DNA from: Lama guanicoe
Taxonomy: Eukaryota
Assembly (NCBI GenBank): GCA_013239625.1
Contig: MU056905.1
Coordinates: forward strand, 19,201,009 to 19,265,008
Length of the DNA stretch: 64,000 bases
Direction of reading: 5' to 3'
Shown here: positions 1-11,164 of the stretch, one piece after another
Numbering within the stretch: position 1 is the first letter of the stretch
Layout: each line of letters begins with the position of its first letter
The notes under the pieces: generated by a model
Database searches by the model: none
What the model was told of the DNA's origin: nothing
Seen by the model: the letters and a program-made list of their open reading frames with translations, nothing else
Program-made: the position numbers and the translations under genes

Positions 1-1170
1 TCATTGAAGAAATCAAATGAGAAGTCAAAATACCTAGAAACAAGTGAAAATAAAAACACAACAATCCAAAAATCTATGGGATGCCCAAACTGAAAAGCTT
101 TTGCACAGCAAAGGGGACAAACAACAAAATGAAAAGGCCACCTACTAGATGGGAGAAGACATTTGCAAATGATATATCTGATAAGGGGTTAATATCTAAA
201 ATACACAAAGGACTCNNNNNNNNNNNNNNNNNNNNNNNNNNNNNNNNNNNNNNNNNNNNNNNNNNNNNNNNNNNNNNNNNNNNNNNNNNNNNNNNNNNNN
301 NNNNNNNNNNNNNNNNNNNNNNNNNNNNNNNNNNNNNNNNNNNNNNNNNNNNNNNNNNNNNNNNNNNNNNNNNNNNNNNNNNNNNNNNNNNNCTCAGAAT
401 GGTTATCATCAAAAAGACAACAAATAACAAGGGTTGCAGAGGACGCGGAGGAAAGGAAAGGGAACCCTCCTACACTCTTGGTGGGAATGTAAATTGGCGC
501 AGCCACTATGGAACACAGCATGGTGCTCCTTAAGAAACTAAAAATAGAACAACTGTATGATCCAGCAATTCCACTCTTGGGTGTGCATCCAGAAAAACAA
601 GAACATTAATTCAAAAAGATACATGCAAGCCAATGTTCACAGCAGCACTATTTGTAATAGCTGAGACATGGAAGCAACCCAAGTGCACATCAACATATGA
701 CTGGATTAAGAGGATGTAGTATATAATAATAGAACATTATTCAACCATAAAAAAGAATAAAATACTGCCATTTGCAGCAGCATGGATGGATCTAGAGAAT
801 ATTATGCTTAGCGAAATAAGTCCTGACAGAGAAACCCAAATACTATATCATATCACTTACATGTGGAATCTAAAAAGCAATTCAAATGAAACCATAGGCA
901 AAACAGAAACATACGGATACAGACAGCAAACTTGTAGTTACGAAGAGGAGAGGGAAGGGGGAGGGACAAATCAGGGGGATGGGATTAACAGATACAAACT
1001 ACTATATGTAAAATAGATAAGCAAAAGGATATACTGTACAGCACAGGAAATTATACCCATTATCTTGTAATAACCTGTAATAGAGTATAATTTGCAAAAA
1101 TACTAAATCATAATGCTGCACACCTGAAACTAACACAATATTGTAAATCAACTGTACTTTAGTTTAAAAA
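1..1170 (+). mobile_element. LINE-1 (cetartiodactyl-type): ORF2 fragments plus 3' UTR, internally deleted
   Basis: 1-83 resembles L1 ORF2 'EEIK..KYLET.EN..TTIQNLWDA'; from ~84 reads [24 protein letters not shown] and RMVIIKK (ORF2 C-terminus); typical 3' UTR ending tgtaaatcaactgtactttagtttaaaaa. Confidence 0.95.
216..392. other. N run (177 nt) inside L1
   Basis: Ns in sequence. Confidence 0.99.
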
Positions 1171-1189
1171 TGTACAAACAGAAAAAGAC

Positions 1190-2045
1190 AATAAGATAAC
1201 CACTTCAGCCCCACGAGAACAAAACTGAAAACAACAGTGACATGGATTATATCAAATACTGGCAAGGATGTTGGCGCCACTAAAACTTTCATACTCCATG
1301 AGGGAGAAGCGTAAACTGACATAAACACTTTGGAAGAATTCCTTGGCAGTGCCTACAAAACCTGAATATGTGTACAGCATAGGACTCAGCAATTTCCCTC
1401 CTAGATTAAACACGCAAAAGAAATGCATGCCGATGTTAATCACAAGACCTGTATACAAATGTCTGTAGCAGGACTATTCATAATAGCCAGACACTGAAAG
1501 CAACATAAATATCCCACAGCCGTGGAGTGGGGTATTCACCACTTCCAAAGCACCATTTGAACTCAGATGATTGACAGCTGCCAAGGTTATTTCACTTTGC
1601 TAGAGTTCACTTACATCTCTTTTTGGCTGCATTTTTAAGTGCTTACTGTGTGTACCACTACAGAGCTCATAGAATACTATACAACTGTGAGACTGACCAA
1701 ATTATTGTTATGCTAAACATGGGTGGATTTTTACAAACATAATGCCAAACAATAGAAATCAAGCCAAAACCAGAAAGCAAAAACATTCTGCTTGATTTAT
1801 ATAATCGGCAAAAGTAATCAATGCTTCTACAAGTCAGAGCAGTGGTCACATTTGAGGTGGGAGCATGTGATTGGGGTAAGGCATGAGGAGAGATTTTGGG
1901 GGTACTGGCAAATTCTGCCTCCTGATGTGGTTGCTGGATACACTGCTGGTTCACTTTGTAAAAATACATCCCACTTACTCTTAGATCTGTGTGCTTTTCT
2001 CTCTGTATGTTACACTTCAATAAAAACTTTTCTTAAAGCTAAAAA
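1190..2045 (+). mobile_element. Old L1 (L1MD/L1ME-type) 3' end
   Basis: Degenerate ORF2 end and 3' UTR motifs (tactggcaaggatgttgg, gactattcataatagcc, tgtatgttacacttcaataaaa). Confidence 0.8.
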
Positions 2046-3179
2046 ATGATACGTAATACTTCAAACCTGTTTAATTTTAACTTGAAGCATATAAATGCAC
2101 ATTCATTCACCACTCTTTTGATCTGGAGCCAAGGCTTTGCTTTACGAACGGTCGGCTCACTGGAGCTTCTTGTCATCTTTCTTATATAAACCACACCCAT
2201 AATGCATCATCTACAATTTCCAGAATCAGTTTCTTTGAAGTTGAGAGAGACCTTAAAGACCCTTGTAAAGCAATCTGAGTGCCGAATCTCGCTAGAATTT
2301 TATGATTTTTCCCAATCCTTTCATTGTTTCAACCACACCCAATTCCTTAGCAATATTTTTTTTCTTTTTTAGCAATTCTCCTGAGTAAGTCTTTTCAAAG
2401 CTTTCAACTCAGCGTTCAGAGAAACACGTGTCCTTTCTTACACACTTATCTTCTTTTTTTGGCTAATGTTTCATTAAGTAATTAGCAACTAAGCCTGGCA
2501 TAAATAGGCTTGGAGCAAAACACAAATGATCTTTGATAGACATACAATTCGACTGCTGGGAACAGACGTGTGTGGGTGTCCTGGAGAGCAGCCCACACTT
2601 GCAAGCACTTTCCGTGATGGGGGCGTGCATTCACTGACGCACTTTGCAGAGGAAATGAGGAGACCTAGTGAAGCCCTTGTGTTTGTCAAGTAGCGAGGTC
2701 TTTCAAGTTGTTATGTATGCCCCTAAGCTCCTGGCCGCTACCACTGGTTATTTTGGGATTATTTTTCACCTAGGCCGCTATGGAGGCCCCTTAATAATTT
2801 CCCATCCTGGTAGCTTTTCTTTTTCTAAGTACAAAGCATGCACCTGTTTCCTGCTTAAAACTGTTTAAGTGTAGAGTGCCTGGTGTAAAGAGGGTGCTCG
2901 ATAAATACGTTAAATGAGCAAACAACTAAACAAATGGATACGTGAGTTTTCAGTTCCTCCGGGACAAAGTTCCAGCTCTCTGGTCTGTCCTCCAAGGCCC
3001 GTTCCAGCCATTTCATCTTGAGTATCCTCAGTGCACCTACACTGTAGCCCCAGCAGCCACTCATGAGCACCAGGAGTGCAGCATCACACATGCTGGTCCT
3101 CGGCTCAAAGTGCTTTTTCCCCATTGTTTTCCATGGAAGACTCAACCATCCCCTTCCTCCTGTGACCCATCCCAGCAGA

Positions 3180-3345
3180 GTTCATCAGTAGCTCTGATCT
3201 CCTGCTTTACAAATCCTGTTACTATCATTCCTTGTCATATGCCTGTCTCTCCCACAGAGAGGGCAAACGAGAGACTTGAGAGCTGGGATTCAGCTGCTTT
3301 ATTCAGTTTCACAGACCCAGCGTCTAGCTCGGCCTTTGTGTAGAG
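3180..3345 (+). mobile_element. L2 3' fragment
   Basis: tgtctctcccac...gagagctgggattc...cccagcgtctagc resembles the L2 3' end. Confidence 0.5.
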
Positions 3346-3371
3346 CTGGCACCCAACACAGGCATGAAAGC

Positions 3372-3562
3372 AGGAGTCGGCTAGCCCCAGTTCAAATCCT
3401 GGCCCTGCCACTTGACAGCTGTGGAGCTTTGGGCAGATTCCTGCTCCAAAATTTAGTTTCCTGTCAAAGAGCAATGATATCCATCTCTCAGTGTCCTTGT
3501 AAAGACTGAACGAGATCTTCCATGTAAAGATCCTGGCACACAAAAAGCACTCAATAGATGGG
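3372..3562 (+). mobile_element. MIR SINE
   Basis: gttcaaatcctggccctgccacttgacagctgtg...cctggcacacaaaaagcactcaatagatg (MIR core and tail). Confidence 0.85.
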
Positions 3563-4435
3563 ATCTAAAAACACATGGGAGTCGCCGCTCTCAGGGTCTA
3601 AACAACTGTTCACCTACGTTCACCCAGATCAAATGAAAGTCCAGATGGATAAGAACCCCCGTATCTGCACACAGTAGACATTCAGTGACTGTTCGAACGA
3701 GTGATGCTCTTCTGTCCCTTGTCCCCTTCCTTTGTCCTGCTCTCCTCTTTGCCCTTACCATCACTGTCTACATCCAGGCCCCACCAGCTCTGTGGGTAAT
3801 TTGAAATTAAAATCCCAAAGTTATTTTTCATAAGCAAGAACAATCACTCTTGGCTCTGCTGGCACAGCATCCTGACAGGGTGCTGGCAGCAGCCAGTTCA
3901 CAGTGAGCCCTGCCAGGGGGCTGCGCATATGCTTCTAAGAATAACTCAGTGTCCAAGAATTCCGCCTGTTCTATCGCAAGCTGGGGCCGGCCAGCAGCTG
4001 GTTTGCATTAATGTCAAGGGCTCTGGTTTTCCACTTTACTCTAGTGAGGCTGATGCACCTCCTTCCCTTCCTCTGCTCTTGCTCTGGGCTGCCACTGAGC
4101 AAGTCGAGTCTTTATTTAACAGTCCTGAAAGCACCAGGAAGGGATCTGGTTGGAGGTAAACTACAGAGTAGATGGAATCTGCCTTCCTGGTCCTTTCATC
4201 TCACACCAGGGTCATACATCACACTTCCACATGAGTATCATTTTGAATCCCCATGATCTTGTTTCTACAAGACCAGAGGACATCCCATCCAAACCTGCCC
4301 TCACAGAGCAGCTGATACTTGGGATCAGTCCTGACCTTCTCTCCTTTGTCCAATCATTTACTCATTCCTACACAAAACTATTGAATATCGAAGCTAAAGG
4401 ACCTAGGAGATCACTCAGGGAGGCAGCTTGGTCTA

Positions 4436-4656
4436 CAGTCGTTCTTAGAGTAGAAGGGGTGGTACCCTCTCTTAAGGATATTTGGAACTGTCTGAGAGCA
4501 CTTACCTTTGGGTGTCACAAAGAGAAAGGACACTGCTGGTGTTTAGTGGGCAAGAACTTAGGATACCTAAATATCCTGTGATGCACAGAACAGTCCCACG
4601 TAATGAAGAATTATCCAGCCAAAAAGTGTTCATGGTGTCCCTCTTGAGAAACACTG
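4436..4656 (+). mobile_element. MER20 (hAT-Charlie MITE)
   Basis: cagtcgttctt...atcctgtgatgcacagaacagtccc...gaattatccagccaaaaagtgt...ttgagaaacactg; size and TIRs match MER20. Confidence 0.85.
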
Positions 4657-7139
4657 CTGGAGGGAACTGGGTCATCCTACACCCATCCTTGACCCTCTTC
4701 CTCCATAGCACATTGGTTAATAGCACAGGCTTCCTCATTCTCGGCCTCTACATAGCTTGTCTTCACACATTTGAAATACATCTGTTTTATGGTAAAGGAA
4801 AAAAAGACCATGGGCCAAAAAGACCAGATCAAAGTTATGTTTCATGAGCAGAGTTCTTGATTCTTAGAACCCCAGACTTGTCATCTGTGTTATGGTGCTC
4901 ACAATATCTATCTTATAAGATGATTATGAGCATGGCTGCCATATTGCACAATCCCTGGAATTGAGTAACAAGGTCCAGCAGTGGGAAATGAGGGAGAGAA
5001 CTTGTATAGAGTACTGGATGCATGGTAGGCATTGAGTATACTGTAGGTGTCACACGTGAAGTGCCTTGTACTATGCCTGGTGTGGAACAGAGGCTCTACA
5101 AGTGTCAGTCCCATTCCCTCCCTCCTCCTCCCATAGGTGTCATTTGACTCACTGAAGGTCATCTAGGATTCACTGAAAGAGGGGTCATAAAAAAAGACAT
5201 GGTCTCTACTCTTGGAATTTAAAAATTAGGGATTCTGATAAGACCTATACATATACATGTTTGCATGTATGAGAGTGAGAAGGGCATAAAAACACATGAA
5301 ACAATAAAGATTTGTAGTCTACCTCTTCTGCACCCTAATCCCCACTATCCCCCAAAGAGTGATCTTTGGTCATTTGGTCCATTACCAGCTCTTTGTCATG
5401 CTGACAGAAGGTTGGTAGAAGCCAAATTGCTCTAAATAGGACAGGATGAGGCAAAAGAGGGGAAGGAGGAGGAAGGAGACATCACAGAAAACGGGAAAGA
5501 CCGGGGAGGAGAAAATAAGTAGCCCCCTAAAGGGGCAGGACCTTGGGACAAGAGATTCCTGTGCAGATGGCTTGGGGATTACGAAGTGGCTGGGGTGCTT
5601 CACCATCCAGAGACTGCAATCGGAGTCCCACTGCGAGCCCTGGAGTTACAGCTGTGGTCAGCTAGAACTCCCAAAGACTCCTCCCAAAGATTTCTGCAGA
5701 GCTGTGTTGTCACTGGGTCCAGGCTCTTGCTTCCCTTGACCCATGCTTTCAGCTTCACACCACGTCAACCCAGACAGAAAACTCAGCTTTCTTCCATTTC
5801 CTCCCAAATCTGCTGTCTCGGAGCTCTTCTAAGAACAGCAGCCTTCCCTAAAGCTGTGCAGAGGCAGAGAAAAGGCATTACAACAACAGAACACAAACAA
5901 CATTAAGGGAAGCAAAAGACAAGCCTTTTTTTTTAAAAAAAAAGCCTCTGTCACCCACCACAAGGAAGCTCCTCACGGCTCAAAGGCACCATCCTGACTG
6001 ATCTCACCGGTTTCTCCCTCTCTTCTCTAACCACCGCTCCCCCCACCCGCCAGAAGCACAAAACCTCAAATGCCTCTCTTCGTTGAACACCTGAGCCGTC
6101 TATTGACCCAAGAGCCCACCAAAACCCACGCCTTTGGGGCATGCCTGTCCCCTCAATGGACAAACCAAGGTGTTTTTAGACAAAGATGTTCCCTCTCAAA
6201 AAGAATGGAGTTAGATCGCAGACGCTGCAGCTCATTTATCCTCTCTGCAATTTAGATAACAAACCCAAATGCTGGGCGCAAGCAAGCCTTACGGAAGTCC
6301 AGTTGGCTGGTCTGGGAGAACTTCTTGACTTCAGGTAGACCCTTGAAGGATAGATGGGATTTGGAGAGAACCAGAGAAGGGATCCAGTGGTGTCACAACA
6401 TAAATAAAAATACGGAGGCTGAATTGGCACAGGTATACAAGGGAGAGTGCAGAACTTGTTCAAGCTGAAGCCAACAATACATCGGCTAGTAGTGAAGGAT
6501 ATAAATATGAGTCTTAAGGTGGAATCACGAGTGGAGGACTCAATGTGTCAGGTTACAAATCTGACCAAAGTCTTCTCTCTCCTTTGAGACTGACTAATCC
6601 ACCTTTTTTTTTTTTTTTTGGAGGAGAGAGGGTTGTTTGTTGTTTTCTTTATTTCAGAATACCGTATCAATGAGCCTTTTAGATATGCAAACGTAATCTT
6701 GTAGAAAGAGGGGAATCCAAGAAATACGTCTAATTTAGACAAGTGAGCTGAATAGTCTATTTGGTTATGTCCGGAGCCTCCAAGAGCAGTGTCTCTGTGA
6801 ATGCTATTGCTTTGGGGAGTAGAAGAGTTTCTTTTCTATATGGATGTGTTTACCATACAGCTGAACATTTTTTACTCCTTTGGATTTGGGTATGTTTTCC
6901 TTCAAACAGTTGTTTGCAGTAGGATCAGAATTCAAATGGACATGTGCTTGGAAGGAACTGCCCTTCTGTTCCCCTCACGAGGGCCCGTAACAGGCAAAAG
7001 GACTTGGAATGCATTTGGTGCAGCTCAACATAAATCTCACATGAGGTTCATCGAAACGGCACCACTGTCCTCACAACCTGACTCCACGTGCTCACTGTAA
7101 CGACAGTGAACTTACAAAACAAATTCAACTTAAAAGAAT

Positions 7140-7390
7140 ACTGCTACATGAAAAGGAATATACCAACGTCAGGGTAGTGGTTACCTCTGGGGCAGAGGTA
7201 GAAGATGGGAAAGGGTTGCTCTGTGCTTAATATTTTCTTTTCTAAAAAGAGAGAAAACTGATTCTGAAGCAAATAAAGCAAAATGCTAACTTCTGTTAAT
7301 ACGGGAGGCCCAAACATGAGTATCTGTTAATATTTTCTGTACTTGGCTGTATATTTGAAATGTCATCATTTAATGTTTAAAACTTTAAAA
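7140..7390 (+). mobile_element. Old L1 (L1MC/L1ME) 3' UTR tail
   Basis: gtagtggttacctctgggg...tattttctgtacttggctgtatatttgaaat. Confidence 0.65.
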
Positions 7391-7699
7391 AGTGAGACAA
7401 TATCTCTGCTTTTGTGCACAGGAAAAAGATTTTCAAATAATTACATCATTTTAAATTGAGTGTGTAAATACCACAGATATTATAATACTAATTTTATTAT
7501 AAATTAATGTATCATGTTTCTCTTTATGTGTATCTCTATAACTATTCTCAACACATTCCGCTAAAATTCTTTTCTGTAAATAGCTGCAAATACCTTTAAA
7601 AAAAAAAGAAATACTGCTGAATTCATTGGTTTTAGTATTTGAGATATGCTCATAAAAATTGTTTCATTAATCTTTTGATTAAAAGACTCCTATAGCCTA

Positions 7700-8490
7700 C
7701 AAATGTGACTTTTCCCTACCCAGCATTCATTCTCTCTGATTCTGGAACTAGCACTCCAGTTAGCGCATGCTCTCTCTCTCACTCAGGCACTTGGTTTGAA
7801 TGGGAATGCTGCCCTGCCTCCGTGATACAGGGAGCAACACGGTATTACCAATCACATACCACATGGCAATGGTGATTGGTAGCTTCTCCTCACCACCCGA
7901 TCAGAAATAGAAACCTAATCACCTTTAAACATATCTCCCTATTTTAGTTTTCTGTACAGCTCTTATCTGATGTCTTTTCTTACTGTTTACTCATTTTTCT
8001 ATGGAGTGTGTGTGTGTATCTCCCACTTCTGGAATGTACACAAGGATCTTGTATATCTTTTTAATGCTCTATCCCCAGTAACCTAAAATGTGGCTGCAAC
8101 ATGGAAAGCAATCAATGTATTTTGGTTGAATGGTTTAACGAACAATGAAGCAATGAAATGGTTCAATAGTGGAAATGTAACATAAGTGTGTCCAATAAGA
8201 GATAATCCCAGAAATGTTGCTGGCATGATAAAAGAAGAGTCATTCCATTGTGAGTCTATTCATCTAGAACTGCCAGAGGTCACCTCAAGAATAAAGCCCT
8301 CCATCCTAAGAATGAAGTCAGTACCAAAGAAGATACAGAGACAGATGTAGAGAAGTCGCTTCCTGATAAAATCATGTCAGCACCTGGCTCCAGCTATGCC
8401 TGAACCCAGCAACTCTGGACTTTTTAGAACTGGATATACATCATTAGGACTCTCAGCTATCAGACTACAGACATGCTTGCTAACCTCTGC
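7700..8490 (+). mobile_element. MLT1 (ERVL-MaLR) LTR, split by an L2 fragment
   Basis: ggtgattggt|...|ggttcaatagtgg, gaatgaagtcagtacc, tccagctatgcctgaa (MLT1J/K-type motifs). Confidence 0.6.
7881..8158 (+). mobile_element. L2 3' end nested in MLT1
   Basis: tctcccacttctggaatgta...gctctatccccagtaacctaaaa...tttggttgaatgg...aatgaagcaatgaa tail. Confidence 0.7.
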
Positions 8491-8949
8491 AACACAGCCA
8501 GAGTCAGTTCTATGGAGCACTACAGGCCTGAGCCCAAGGAGATACACTCACTCTCTAGCAAGGGTATATGGTACTGTCCCCAGATACTTCTCCCAAAAAG
8601 AAGGAAAACATAGCAAGAGACACTAGCATTTACACTGTTTCCTAGGGGACTGAGACAACAGCTCAAACCTCACGAAACAAGTACAGACACAACAGACACC
8701 CTGGCCCTGTGCCCGTAATCTGTCCTACTTCCCTCCACAGGGAAACTGCCTGAAAGAGACTAGACAGCGGTCTTTTATAAAGAGCGTACGGCACTTCTGC
8801 AGTGTCTCTCTCGTGGCCCAGCATAGAAGGGAGGAAAGAGCACTGATCACACTGCCAAAGGATCTGGTCCTACTTCCTGCTGTGTCTTGCTCTCTCGACT
8901 AGGAACCTTTGGATTGTTCAATCAACATTTGCTGTGCATAGTCCTGGAG

Positions 8950-9465
8950 GGCTGTGTTCCTATGATTCTTCTTGTGAAGACAAATGACCAAAATTCACAT
9001 GAACTAGTTTAAGCCAAAGAGGGAAGAAGGGTATTTATGAATTCTGGGAATCTTAGGAAAAGTTTCAGGGAAGTCCAAATTGAATTAATTCCAAGACTGG
9101 CATAGTGGGGGGAACCCAAATCATTCCCTGAAAATCTGGAGCACTTCAGAGAATGAGGGTTCTATAGCTATGGCTTTAAACATCAAGAGATGAACAGCTC
9201 TTAATATGATAGCATATTTTATTGCCACATGCCCTCTTATCTACCCCTTTCTACTATGTCCTGGGCTCCATTGTCTCTGCAGGCTGAACTGAGAAGAAAG
9301 AACCGGAAGCCTGTTTGAACATAACATGGCCCAGGAGATGTGGTCCAACCTACTATAGGAAATAAGTTTGGAATACGATGTTGGTGTTAGATTAAAGAAA
9401 TTTACATTCATTCTATTGAAAAGGGATGATTATTTAATACAGACAACACTCATTTGTTCCACAAT
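8950..9465 (-). mobile_element. Old MaLR/ERVL-type LTR
   Basis: gacaaatgaccaaaattcacatgaactagtttaagccaaaga...tatttatga is the reverse of a typical MLT1/LTR33 3' end. Confidence 0.5.
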
Positions 9466-9595
9466 ATTTTTTAAGCACATAGTATATACAAGGCCCTCTA
9501 CTAAAGAAATAATAATAAATAAGGCATAGTTCATGATCTCAAGAGAAATTCCATCTAATATGGCAGCTGGAAGATGAATCTAGAAACATCTAGAA

Positions 9596-9891
9596 CAGCA
9601 CTGTCCAATAGAAATAAAATGTGAGCTATGAATGTAACTTTAAATTTTCTAGTAGCCACATTACAAAAATAAAAACAGGTGAACTTCATTTTAATAATAT
9701 ATTTTATTTAACCTCATATTCAAAATTATTTCAACATGTAAATAACATAAGGAAATTGTTAGTGAGACATTCTTTCTTTCTAACCAAGTCTTCAAAATTC
9801 AATGTATATTTTACATCTCAATTTGATCTAGCCCCATCCAAAGTGTTCAGGAGCCATATGTGATTAATGGTTATCATACTGGACAACACAA
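9596..9891 (+). mobile_element. MER33 (hAT-Charlie)
   Basis: cagcactgtccaatagaaataaaatgtgagc...tctagtagccacatta...ttttaataatatattttatttaacc...ctggacaacaca. Confidence 0.9.
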
Positions 9892-9989
9892 ACCTCAACG
9901 ATGTTTGTAGGAAAACCCTCACAGTTCTCACATTTCCATTGAGAGGAAGTAAAGTGAACATCTGTCTTTTCTATTTTAATTATTTTCCT

Positions 9990-10420
9990 TGAGTAGTCCC
10001 TTAATAGTCCTCTCTATAGCCACCTGTCCCCGACTTAGCTCATATGCATTTAGGATGGAGTTATACCATGCCAGATCCAGAGGTGGCTACTCTAGTCATT
10101 ATATGGCTCTGGGTATAGTGATTGGTTCAGGGGTGGACATATGACCCAATCAGAGTCATTCAAATACAATGATCCTTCTGTTGGGACTTCCAAGAAAGAC
10201 ACACATCCTCTTTTCTGCAGGACATAAGTCTGGGAGGATGTGAGCCTAGAGGGCCAAGAGCTTCCATGAAGAGGCTGAGAATGAAGCCATCATGTTGAAA
10301 GTAGAGAGGAAGAGAAATTCAGTTCTCATGGTATCAGCCAAGCTCCTAGAGAATTATTGAGCTTTTCAGTTACGTGGGTCAATTAACTCTTGCCTCAAGC
10401 CAGTTTGAGTCTGGAGATTT
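9990..10420 (+). mobile_element. MLT1 (MaLR) LTR
   Basis: gtgattggttcaggggtggacatatgacccaatcag...gaatgaagcca...cttttcagttacgtgg...tcaagccagtttgagt. Confidence 0.7.
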
Positions 10421-11164
10421 TCTAAAAAGTGTTTTGAAATAAGAGGGAACTTCTGCTCCACTCCCCAGGAGGAGGTAGTGTAGAGTGATTTCATGCACTT
10501 TCTCTCTCTGCCCTTGTGTCTTCTACCAAAGAAGAGAAGTAACTTAGCTGGTGATACTAGTGAATCCTGACACCCATTGAGTTACACATATCAGGAGACG
10601 GCAACGCTGCGCTGAAATATCAACAAGGCTTGTCTCTCATTCCCACTTTCTTGCTCTCCTGGGCACAGACCCAGCCAGGAATCTACTCTCTCTGTCCCAC
10701 CTTCTCCCTCTGCAACTGAGTTGATTCAGGTCAGTTCTGGGGGCCTTTGTTTCTTTTGATCCTTGCCTCCACAATGGTACCTGATTCATACCAGTAACAC
10801 ATTTACAATTATGGTATATTGCCTCAGTTTCCCCAATATGATCATGCTTTGGGGTAAACAACGCATTTTTATAAAATGGAGATGAAACAAATGTCTTACC
10901 AGAAAAACTTTCTATCATTCTCTTATGGAAAATTCTCAGCAAGTTTAATGAAAGTATTCAACCCCTAAACTTCACCACATATTCATCAAACATTAATAGA
11001 GTACCTAATATATATATAAGGCATAGAATAGTCACTGGGGGTACAAAGATGAATGTCACTGAACTCAAAGAGACAGTGTCTATTTTATAAAAATGTTTTT
11101 AAAATGTAGTAAGACAAGAACAGAGAGGGACCATTGAGAATGACAATTTAATGACACCTTAAAA

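Noticed and set aside
74-533. Long ORFs containing X runs (also 11460-11852 and 12678-13101)
   Set aside because: Length inflated by N runs within L1 remnants.
6658-6742. Plus-strand exon candidate (tttatttcag ... gtgagc)
   Set aside because: Stops in all three frames; no supporting neighbouring exons.
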